From Vicugna vicugna (taxonomy: Eukaryota), in assembly GCA_013265495.1 (NCBI GenBank), contig MU058687.1, forward strand, positions 310,001 to 374,000: 64,000 bases of DNA. Direction: 5' to 3'. Made by a program: the position numbers and the translations under genes. The notes beneath the pieces were generated by a model that did not search any database, was not told the origin of the DNA, and saw only the letters and a list, made by a program, of their open reading frames with translations. How positions within the stretch are numbered: the first letter of the stretch is position 1; the number at the start of each line of letters is the position of its first letter. Shown one piece after another: positions 53,624 through 64,000 of this stretch.

Positions 53624-55060
53624 GTAAGACTCTCAATTCTCCTTTATTTGGGGAAAATGGACTGCAACCAGGGACTAAGAAATGGTATTGTCTCTGAAAT
53701 GGAGGTTTTAATTAATTTCATTTCTTGTGAGTAGCAGTAGTATGATTGAGTAGCATTTGTGTTCTTTGTCTCTGGGGTGGGTTAGTGAATCTGTAAAAAA
53801 AAAAAAAATTTTTTTTCATTGAAAATGTAACAAAAAAATAAAGAGAAAAAAAATTTAAGAAAATTATCCGTAATCCTAGCATCCTAGCCCAACTATTTCT
53901 ATCTTTCCTATTGCAGTTATGGAAGAACTTAACTTTTAAAACATTTATACAGAACATAACCAGGTTTTACAGAGGAGAATTAAGGCAATTTCTCCATACC
54001 TTCAAAAGCCATATCTTCTGGAGAAAAGAAAGGGCTCTCTAGGAAACAGTTGCTCCTCTCTGGTATAGAAATTTCACCCAAGTTACACAGGCCAGGCCCT
54101 CTTCTCTGAAAAACTTAACAGGTGAGGTCAGCATGCATTTATTCAGTGCCTACTGTGTACCTGGCACCATGGGAAAGATAAAAGTAGAGGACAGGGGCCT
54201 TAAAATCTAGCTGAGAGGTCAAAGCTTACATGTGGGGAATGGCATCTAGGGAGTAGGAGATAGTACATAAGCCGACGTTGTTATGTGGTATAGTCTGGAA
54301 GGGCAGCGTAAGCTAGAAAGCCCCTTAGAAGATACTCTTTGAGAGCTAAGTGGTATATGTGTGAACTATTTCCAGAAGATTTTCCTGGTGATCCCACTGA
54401 TGAACACTTAATAAGTCTGAGGTCCTATGTTTTAGTTACTTATATCCCCTCAGTCAGTTTTGGGTGGAATGGCCATGTTTTTGTAACTAATATGTAGAGC
54501 CCACGAGGCCCAGAGTGTGCTTCCACAATAAGCCTCCTCTGTTTCATAAATGGTACTAGCAGATAACTGAAGCCCGAGGCACAGAAATTGCATGGAGCTA
54601 CTTAGCCATAAGGAAAAAAGGAGGAAAGGATAGTGACTAGGAACTTTAAAGCCAAGTTTAAGGTCTTGACCTGCACGTATTGCACTCTTTGTATCACTGG
54701 TGACTGCTTTTAGCATTGGCTCTGGTTCCCTCATTTGCCTGCCTAAGAAGCTTTTGACCTGTTTCATGTGCGATTTTAATCCAGTGGATAGTGCTAAAGC
54801 CGTATTACTTAAATTGGTATATTGAAAAATGGGCAACTCTTATATCAAAAGTTTTTGCCTTTTCTTCTCATACCAGTTTTGCAATACTTTCCAAATTCAC
54901 TGATAATGATTATTAGTCAGAAATTTATTTGAAAGAAATACAGGAACGTGGGATTTGGTTTTTTGGGGAACAGTTTTTAGTGTTCTTAATGAGAGACTTG
55001 GTAATTCACGTAGGTATATCTGGATTCACTTTGCATTGAAACATTTTTCTGCTGTTTCAG

Positions 55061-55188
55061 AGGTGCTTGCTGAAGGATCCCCACGTCCCCTGTCTTCAGT
55101 GCCTGATGTGACACATCACTTGGTGACCATGCAGTCAGGGAGGCAGTCATATGAGGTTTCTGTCCTAACTGCCGTAAATCCACAGGAG
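55061..55188 (+). CDS. ZNF410: ZNF410 coding exon 10 (EVLAEGSPR...TAVNPQE)
   Basis: tttcag|AG...GAG|gtaaat; 128 nt. Confidence 0.95.
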
Positions 55189-57268
55189 GTAAATCTGTCT
55201 GTTGCTGTTACTTTGTTTCTGTGGAGATTAATGTGGAGAATGATTGAGAATCTAGTTTAGAGGCGCTGAAGAAAATTCTCCAATTTCCCTTTCCTGGAAA
55301 CTTTGACTAGAATATCTTCCCTTAAGCTAAGCATGAGTCCAGCTTTGAAAGGAGCCCTAGTGTTAGAGTCTCCTGAACTGGGAGTTTGATCAGTCACAGC
55401 TGGGACCCTCAACTCTAATTTCCTTTATACACATGCCTTAATTAAGTGAGATCAGCTCCTACTGCTCTCTGCCTCCCTTGCGATGAGGATGCTGCTTTAT
55501 AAAGAAAATAACATCTTGAGACAGAGTAGAGTGCTCCTTGAGTAAGAAGGTAGTGACAAAATCATTAATAATTATCATTCATTTTACTAGGGTCATGTAT
55601 CTGGGAGATATCGGGCTGAACCAACTGGGCGTATAGGAATGTGTTTACTTGCTTGTTGTTGAATAAGAAACATCATTTAAATCTAAGAGGGCTTTAGGTT
55701 GATTCTGAGCACTCCTAACCCTATGGTTTTGGCTCTGACCCAGAAAACAGAATGAAAACCAGTCAGGCTTCTAAAATCTTAGGATATTTCATTGGCCCAC
55801 ATCACGGAGACAGATGACTTCATCACGTGCTTGTTTCTTAGGCATAGGCTTTTGCCAAAAACCTGTGTAGCCTGGATCCTTTCAGTATTATAGTATCTTT
55901 CAGGGTGCACTCCTGTCTTTTCCCTTTTCCTTTCATTATAACCTTCAGACCACAGTTAGCTGTGGCTGACTATAGCATTGAAATGACTCTGCGTCCTATA
56001 TTGAATATTCTCAATTTTTCTGTAATATTCCTGAGGATACCCAGGATCAAAAGGCTCTGGGTGTGCATGTTAATGTGTCTACCAGGACCTGTCCTTGTAT
56101 TCATCATTGTGACACTCTGTCTCACTCTTGCTTGTTATATTGAAAGTTTTTGTTATTGGTATCATTGGTCCTTTCCTATGTTGCCTTCTCTAAGTGCTTT
56201 GCCTTTATTTTTAGCCCTCTTCATTTATCTGTTTAAAAATCTTTATTATGGAAGTTTTCAAAGAGCATATTTAGTGAGAAAGAGAATAGTATAATGGACC
56301 CATGTACCTGTCACCCATCGTCAACAATTAACTCTCTATTACTCTTGTATCTTCCCTCCTACTGTTTTTGTTGCTGTTTTGTTTATGCTGGAGTATTTTA
56401 AATCAAATAACAGACATAAAATTTCATCTGTAAATATTTCAATATGTACCTCTAACAGCTAAAGATTTTTTCATAACTATAGTTGTATCACACCCAACAA
56501 TATTAACAATAATTTACTGATTGATATCCTCTAATACCTTGCCTTTTCATTTTTTTCTCAAAAGTATCTTTGTATGGTTGGTTGGTTTGAATTAGGATTC
56601 AAACAAGGTCTATACATTGCATTTGGTTAATAATTCTCTTTATCGCTAATAGTCCTCCCCCTCTTTTTTCAGTGGCTATCTATTTAAGGAATTAGGTTAT
56701 TTGTCTTGTAGAATTTCCCATATTCTGGTTTTTGGCCGATTAACTCCTTTTTTATTTGATATATTTCTCTACCCACAGATTTCCTAAAAACCGGTGGTTA
56801 CATTTAGAGGCTTGATTAGATTCATGATTGTTTTTAACCCTTGGCAAGAGTATTTCATGGGTGGTACTCTTCCTACTACATCCCATCAGGAGACACATGA
56901 TGTGTCTTACTGATCTCAAGGTTGACAAGTGGGTTATGTTAAAGTTTTGACAACTGTTACTAATCATGGCCTAGATCTGTTTTTTCATTAGGGCTTGCAA
57001 ATGGTGATATCCTAATTCTCTTACCCACATGCTTTTATTAACTGTGATTTTTCTATAAAAGAAATACTTTCATTAACTATTGGGTTGCTCTGAAATAGTT
57101 CAGAAAAATCATCCCCCTCTCTTTGTACCTAGTACAAATTATCCTGACAAACCAATCCACAACACTCAGCATTTTCTTTTTTTATATTTGAAATCTTGGA
57201 GATTTTCTCTCTCAGACTGCTAAATACCTTTTTTTATTGAAGCACTCCATGTTACTCCAAATAAATGC

Positions 57269-57729
57269 CAGATTTATAAAAACTTAATTCAATGAAAACA
57301 AATACATGTATATTCCTAGGTGATTGAAGTATTGTGCTGTACACCAGAAATTGACACAACATTGTAAACTAACTGTACTTTAATAAAAATGTATATTAAA
57401 AGAAAACTTAATTCATTCAACAGACATTATGTACCTGATGTGTGCAAGGCACCCTCCTGGGTACTAGAATTGACACAACATTGTAAACTAACTGTACTTT
57501 AATAAAAATGTATATTAAAAGAAAAGAAAACAGATTTATAAAAACTTAATTCAATGAAAACAAATACATGTATATTCCTAGATGACTGAAGTATTGTGCT
57601 GTACACCAGAAATTGACACAACATTGTAAACTAACTGTACTTTAATAAAAATGTATATTAAAAGAAAACTTAATTCATTCAACAGACATTATGTACCTGA
57701 TGTGTGCAAGGCACCCTCCTGGGTACTAG
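57269..57729 (+). repeat. 199-bp direct duplication with templated spacer
   Basis: 57269-57467 and 57531-57729 differ at 2 positions; spacer 57468-57525 is a third copy of an internal part. Confidence 0.92.
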
Positions 57730-60236
57730 TTATACAGTAGTAAATAAAATACAATCTCTGCCTCAAAGAGCTTACAGTCAGAGTTAGGACTAACTAACTT
57801 CTACCTTTTATAACTATGTAAATGGTGCCCCTGGAGAAGGGCAACAGATCAATAAACTGGCAATTTTTATACAGGCAGTAATGCTAGTCTTGGGGGAAAT
57901 CAGGGAATAAGTTTTAGAGTTTAACTTGGGACCTGAGGGATGACTAGCGATCATCCTGATGGAGAAGTGGGAGGAACTGGAAGAAATTTAACCAGCATAT
58001 AGGTAGCGGTGTATACAAAGGCAGAAGTTAAGAGGGAGCAGGGCATGACTGTGGAATCACAAAGGGTTGAGTGTGATGGACATGGAATAGAGAGATGGGT
58101 GTGGAATGGGAAAATGAGAGCAGGAAGGACAAGCTGGTCCCTCTCTTGAAGGGCCTTACAGGATGTGACTTAATCCTGGGGCATTTGGGGAGCCACTGCC
58201 TGGTTTTAAACGGGGTATGACGTTGTCAGGTTTGTGTATGCAGAAAGTCCAGTAATAGTGCATTTATTCTCTTGAACCTAGAATTGGCTTTAGAGTGTCC
58301 TTGTCTAGGTGATGCTCACTCACAGCCTCAGGCAGACACAGTAACACAGGCTACCTAAGAAAAAATAAACAAAAGAAAACTTGGTCTTCACCCTAGAAGG
58401 ATACAAAGGGCCTCAGACATTTAATAGAAAAAATATTTAACAACCCAGAGAGCAAAGTGCTGCCCTTAGATGTAGCTGAAAATCCTGCACTATCACTTCT
58501 TCCTCATGGGTCCCTGTGTATTTACAAATACAGCCTCTCTCAGCCTCACTCCTTTTGTGTTTCCTTTACTATTACCATTATTATCTTCCTCTTACCAAGG
58601 CATTTCCACTGCTCATCTCCTCCTTTTCCTTCTCAAGGTAGGCTTATTACATCCTCCAGTACCTTCACTTTTTTCAAACTCTAAGCCACTGAAGGCTCCA
58701 GGCTTTGTTTCCTCATCCAGGGTCTAGGTACTAACAGACCATTCCTTCAGTGGGTGAGGAATGTTGATTCCTTAGGGTTTCTCAGATGCCAGAGAAGGAG
58801 AAGGCAGTAGCAACCCTGAAGATGCCACATGCCCATTCAAAATTGTTGTTTAAAGATCACCAGGCATTGTAGGTCAGACCTGTAAGAATCTGCTGATGCA
58901 CTTCTATTTGGACTCCTATAAATACGCTCTAAAAATAAAAATAACTTATTAAGAATATCAGAGAACGAAAAATCAAGTATCAGAAAATATTATGGAAAAT
59001 ACATGAAAAACTGCAAGGTGACTCTCTCTCATATGGCTCAGACTGGACAGTTCTGATTTCCCCTCAGTGTGGCTGGTCTTCTGAGAATCAGAGGACTCAC
59101 TGTGCAGGCCCAGCTGAAACTCTGGGGCTTTTGGATCTCCTGTGGACTGAAGGTCATCCCAAATACGGTTTCATAGCCACACCGAGTTCACATTCTTAAA
59201 CTCAGGAACCAATATAAGTGATTGCCAGGTAGCTTTGACTGTACCATAGAATATTTCCCAAATAAAACAAGGAGGAAAACAGAAATGACACATTCTTTTA
59301 GCAGTTCTCATAGAGTGCCATTGCTAAGTTTGAGTGCAAACATCTGGATCTTGGTCTAGATTAAAAACATTCCATTCTTACATCTTTACTACACAGCATC
59401 AGATGAAATCTGTGGTTTAAGTTTTAAATGTTTCTTTAAATTTTTAAAAAGTCTGTATCATTAAATTCTACTATATAAATTACCTTCATCTAAATTAAGA
59501 TCACCAAGTAAATACATCTCAGCACAAGAATTTATCAGATGAGATTTTAACCTACATCATTTTTTATTGTTTACACTGTATTATTCCCATCTCATTTTCT
59601 TTTCATAATAAATTGGAACCAAATTTCATCAATTAGTATGCAAAACCACCTTTCAGCAGGAACCCTGAGTGTAAAGTAGAATGTCCATGGTAGCTACCAC
59701 CCTGTTGGAGAGTCTCAGGCTTGTCTTGCCTCATCACAGGAAAAGTTTTTTTTAAGCCCAGGGAACCCCTGAATTTTTTTTTATTTATATTTTTTTCTCT
59801 CATAGAGAACTCACTGAGAGTAGCCTTCCATTCCTTTTACTTCTCCTTGAGCCTTCAGCTAACACAGACTGATAAAAGTTTTTTGGTTCCACCATTTCTG
59901 ATTTCCCTGTGAGTTACAGATTCCTCCATCACTGACTAGTGAGGATGTGATTACACGAACAGCAGTTTGGCTTATAGACTCAGGATATTTTTATTGCCCT
60001 AGTGGAAATGCCAGCATCATAAAGTGGCCCAAGTGCTGTCCCAAGGCCAGTATATAAATGAGAGCTGTTAGTTTATGCATGTCTCCTGCTTTGGAAATAG
60101 ATATCCCTGACTCACCCTGCAGTACATTCCTCACTTCTAATTGTAAACCTAATTGTAAACCTTTCATTTTAGTATGACCTATTTTTCTTATTATTCAGTG
60201 GTAACCTACTCTGGATTTGTTTTTAATCTCTTACAG

Positions 60237-60275
60237 TTACTAAACCAAGGAGATTTAAGTGAAAGACGGACATGA
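60237..60275 (+). CDS. ZNF410: ZNF410 terminal coding exon (LLNQGDLSERRT*)
   Basis: ttacag|TTA...TGA; joined CDS totals 1437 nt = 478 aa plus stop. Confidence 0.95.
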   Translation, partial: LLNQGDLSERRT

Positions 60276-60981
60276 GCATGGGTGCTGACTGCTGGAAGAG
60301 TAGCTCTGTCTGATCCCAGAGTGCATATAGTGGGAACAGGATGCTTATGGCTCACACTATGCCGGAACCAAAATCAATCTGTGAAGGATAGGACCTTGTT
60401 TTTGCCTCTGCTCATCTTTCCTGACATAGAAGATGAATGTAGGAGAGCTTCTCTTCAACTACCATTTCATTCAGACAAGGAAGAAAGCAGTGAATATGGG
60501 CTGGGTAAATGTACCTACCTCTCCTCCCACTGCAGAATTTTTGGGATGGATTTCTCCCAAAAGTGAATTTGATTACGTGTTGGCTGAAGTTTCCCAGTAT
60601 GACTGTTGAGGGGCGGTTTTCCTATGAAGAGTTTTCATATGGGTGAACTAAATCCTGCCACCAACCATAAAACTTCACCAAGAAGTTGAGCTTTCAAGAT
60701 GCCTTGTTGCTTTGGAGAAGGGAGTAATGTCAGTTCTGTTGTGACATTCTCCCTTTAGCAACCTGAGTAAGAAACTCTCCGCCACTGGGCTGCAAAAAAT
60801 TAATTACTTGAATCCCTGCTTGGCCCAGGCTGAGGTACTATCTTGCCCTGTACACCTCTACTTGGCCATTTTGCTTTCTTTGTTTATGGAACATGGAACA
60901 TACAGTAGCATGTTAAGAGGTTGTTTGTTTTTTGTTTTTAAGTTAAAAATCACATGATTCAGAACAATGGCTTTTCCTTTA

Positions 60982-60987
60982 AATAAA
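60982..60987 (+). terminator. ZNF410: Proximal poly(A) signal of ZNF410
   Basis: First AATAAA after the stop, followed by GT/T-rich downstream sequence. Confidence 0.7.
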
Positions 60988-61424
60988 CAAAACAGTTGGT
61001 CAGTTCTTTGGCTCCTTGTTTTAAACAAAATTTTTCTTAGGAGATTGAGAAAATAGTTCAGTCTTTCCCTTTAATGTAGGGGACTGATTTACCCTTAGGA
61101 GTCCATGCAGGTAAAAACTGAGCTCAGGAGTCTTAGGGAACATGGCATGAGCATCTTCATCTCCAACTAGCAAACCCACATGGTAGTTATCGGAGTATCA
61201 CGCTTGTCATCACCAGAAAGGACCATCTGGTGATTTTTTTTAATATTTTTTAATATTGCCAGAAAGACAGTTTAAAAAGCATGAGAAAGGTTATTCTGTT
61301 ACAGCAGGCACTCTTGCTATCATCCTGCCTTTAGAGTTACTGAGAGAGAATATCTAAATTATTGGTGGAAAGAAAAATAAAGATCACTGACTAGTAGAAA
61401 ATCATGGCTGTTAGAGGTTTCAAA

Positions 61425-61430
61425 TTTATT
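61425..61430 (-). terminator. FAM161B: Probable poly(A) signal of FAM161B
   Basis: TTTATT on + is the first canonical AATAAA on - that I found downstream of the FAM161B stop. Confidence 0.55.
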
Positions 61431-61652
61431 AAAATAAACTTCATGCTGATACAATACACACATGGACACAGTGGCACATTCTAAACAGATTAACAGCAAA
61501 GAATTAATATTGTTTTAAATAAAATAATTATAGTTCTTAATTTGTTAATGACATGTATAATCATCCTGTCCTACATAGACTGAGTTCATATCAATTACTT
61601 GTATTCTTAAAATGCCAGTTTTGGCTTTCAGTAACCTTATTTTATACTAGAC

Positions 61653-61873
61653 TAGTGGTTCTCAACCGAGAACATTTTGTTACCCAGGGGACTTATGGCA
61701 ATATCTGCAGACATTTTTGGTTGTCACAAGTGGGGAGAGGGTGCTACTGGCATCTAGTGAGTAGAGGCCAGGGGTGCTGCAAACCATCCTACAGTGTATA
61801 GCTCTGTCTCCCAACACCCAACAAAGGCTCCTCTGGCCCAAAATGTCAACAGTGCTGAGGCTGAGAAATCCTG
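61653..61873 (+). mobile_element. MER20 (hAT-Charlie) in the FAM161B 3'UTR region
   Basis: AGTGGTTCTCAACC...GGGTGCTACTGGCATCTAGTGAGTAGAGGCCAGGG...CCCAAAATGTCAACAGTGCTGAGGCTGAGAAATCCTG. Confidence 0.9.
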
Positions 61874-61877
61874 TATT

Positions 61878-62120
61878 AGGGGCTGCAAACTTGTCATCCC
61901 CCATGGGCTAAACCTGATATATAAATGTTTTGCCCACACATTTTTTTAAAGTAATTTATAAATTAGTTGCCAACATGCAGATTTCTGGTTCTGTTGAAAA
62001 TGTGGTTTATCTGGCAATTCTGGGTCTGTATTCCAGCAGGGTTGATAGTCTCCAGTCTCTGCTGTCTCCTGCTGTCTTACAGCCAGCTGTTTCGACCCAT
62101 CTGTTTCTTGACCAGCCCCT
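61878..62120 (+). mobile_element. MER102-like hAT element
   Basis: AGGGGCTGCAAACT start, AATTAGTTGCCAACAT, ATCTGGCAA..CTGGG, CAGCCCCTG end. Confidence 0.65.
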
Positions 62121-62375
62121 GTAGGTACTGGGCTTGTGCCCTTTTTTCTGGACCTCTACGCTTAAGTGTGAGGCACAAAGCAAAAACCCTTAGTCAGCTC
62201 TGATTCTTTCACTGAGCTGCTTCACTTTGATTTACTTGAACCATTCTGTTATCTACTTTTCTTTTCCCCATTCTCCAAAAGTAACCATGACTCAAAACCC
62301 AAGTTTTGCCTGCCTTGACTCAACCTCAAGTTAGCTACTTGATATTATTCAAAAGCGGAGATTATCTGGTAACTC

Positions 62376-62481
62376 CTAAGACAGCTGCTCCAGTTCTTTC
62401 TTGGGGTTTGTAGGCGGTTCTAGAGATTCTTCTAAATCCTGCTGTGGATTCCTGATGCCGAGTTTTGTAGTTTCATTAATG
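62376..62481 (-). CDS. FAM161B: FAM161B terminal coding exon ((S)INETTKLGIRNPQQDLEESLEPPTNPKKELEQLS*)
   Basis: Minus-strand ttctgcag|C acceptor; phase matches the upstream exon; resembles recalled human C-terminus (ETTKLSIRDPEQGLEGSLE...); expected synteny after ZNF410. Confidence 0.85.
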
Positions 62482-63186
62482 CTGCAGAATAAATTAGAGC
62501 ATTATAAAACTTAAAAATTTTGAGAAAGCATTATGTCAGGCTTAAGGATGGTTTCAACATTATCATTATTTTGTATGGGGTGTAAAGGCAAATTTCTAGG
62601 AGGAAAACAGATAGGAATTAGGGGAAGGGCTATTAGGACTTAAAAAGAAAAAGAAATTGAGAATAGTAGAGAGACTGTGCTTTTCTCCTTTTGCCTTATA
62701 AGACACCAGTGGTGGGGGTGGTGCTAATGAGTTACTTTTAAAAAGTGCTAGATTTTAACAAGCCATGGTGAACCAAGCTGAAGGGAAAAGAAAGGCTTTG
62801 TTCAGGATATTCGAGCTTTTATTGTGGCTCTATAGAGAGTTTTACCTTTACTTACCCAGTAAATAAATAAAGTGTACCATTTTAGAGGAAGTAAAATATA
62901 TACACGATTTTTCTTCAAAGGTGAAGTGGAAGTACTTTTGACTGATGGCATTGGACTGGAATTGGAAAAACGATCTGTTTCAAACCGAAGGAATCTAAAC
63001 CTAACATCCAGTGGTTATATTTTACTCACCAACTTTAAATGTGTTACTTAGAGATCTCTTGATCAGTACTCAGTACTATAGGATTGTGATCTCAAAATAT
63101 GAGTGACTGTTCTAAAGCTTCCTCCCAGTGGCATTACTAGAGATGCAGTTTAAGAGCTGCAGGATGACCGCAGTATCTGCAGTTAC

Positions 63187-63329
63187 CTGGGACAATCATG
63201 GACTTTTGACTGCTCCCTCCGTTGTAAAGCCCGGTGACCCTGACCCTTGTTCCTCACAAAGTCTTCGTCCAGCCCAGCCTGCTTCAGGGTGTCTCGATAC
63301 CGCTGTTCTGCTTCCTTCCTGGCAAGGTC
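63187..63329 (-). CDS. FAM161B: FAM161B penultimate coding exon (DLARKEAEQRYRDTLKQAGLDEDFVRNKGQG...)
   Basis: Minus-strand cctcag|GAC...AG|gtaact; 143 nt; DTLKQAGL.EDFVRNKGQG matches recalled FAM161B. Confidence 0.9.
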
Positions 63330-64000
63330 CTGAGGAATGGAAGTTAATCTGCCATAGCTGAATTACCAGATAATTCTAAATTGCTTGCTTAACAATACTG
63401 CTTTCCCACCCCACCCCAACCCCCATTAGTGCTGGGCACAGATTTGCATGAAAATTACTTGGAGCCTTATTTTCAAGCTTTAGAGTACAAAGGAACTATC
63501 TGAAGATCGGGTTAAAATTAGATTCTCATTTGGTAGGTTTCAGATGGGGCCTGGAATTCTGTATTTCTAGTACTCCCAGGAGATGCCAACTGTTGATTTG
63601 GAAGCCACACCTTTGAAAGGCAAGTATTTAGATTTCTGGAAGACCAAGTGAGACCCAAATGAAAAAGATGGACTAAAAGCATTTTAAGATTTAGAAGCAA
63701 CCACACCATCATTAGGAACTTTAAAATATAACAAATTGAAAATACAAAAATAACACTGCACTGGTGACATTAACAGGATGGATGGTCTGCATGGTAGACC
63801 AAAAAAGTTTGTTTAAAGTGTTCAAGAGCAAAATCACATAGAGTACTTTGTATTTTTCCTAGAGTAGTGAGATATCTGTTGAGATCTGAGAGTTAGCTTG
63901 CTTTAAAAAAGCTAACATAAAGAGCAAAGGTTAGTATGAGAGAGTGCAAGTTGCTAAGTAAATCCAAGACAGTCCAGCATGTGTGTGAGTGTGTTGGGGA

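Noticed and set aside
55905..56294. 129-aa hydrophobic ORF in the last ZNF410 intron
   Set aside because: T-rich composition running into an L1 fragment; non-ATG start and no recognisable homology
57269..57729. Repeat-spacer-like arrangement
   Set aside because: Eukaryotic local duplication of L1/L2 sequence; no unique spacers and no cas genes, so not CRISPR

Overview
Mammalian genomic window, most likely camelid (eight copies of a tRNA-derived SINE resembling the camelid Vic-1 family). It contains the complete PTGR2 gene (+; 9 coding exons, 10607-25295, 351 aa), the complete ZNF410 gene (+; 11 coding exons, 36234-60275, 478 aa) and the last two coding exons plus 3'UTR of FAM161B (-; tail-to-tail with ZNF410). 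I read all splice junctions from the sequence, and both complete CDSs close in frame. The rest is two CpG-island promoters and repeat-rich introns (L1, L2, MIR, MER21/MER74/MLT LTRs, MER20/MER102/Tigger DNA elements). Most notable observations: (1) a decayed copy of the PTGR2 terminal exon and 3'UTR lying about 3 kb upstream of the PTGR2 promoter; (2) no canonical AATAAA between the PTGR2 stop and the ZNF410 promoter, with phase-compatible exons that would permit read-through fusions; (3) a 10-bp duplication in the ZNF410 5'UTR giving two uORFs; (4) an apparently early stop in the FAM161B last exon; (5) back-to-back poly(A) signals for ZNF410 and FAM161B; (6) a templated complex duplication, poly(A)-only insertions and a palindrome cluster. 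Gene and repeat names come from my recall of the human orthologues and consensus sequences, not from database searches. I found no evidence of a wholly new multi-gene system.
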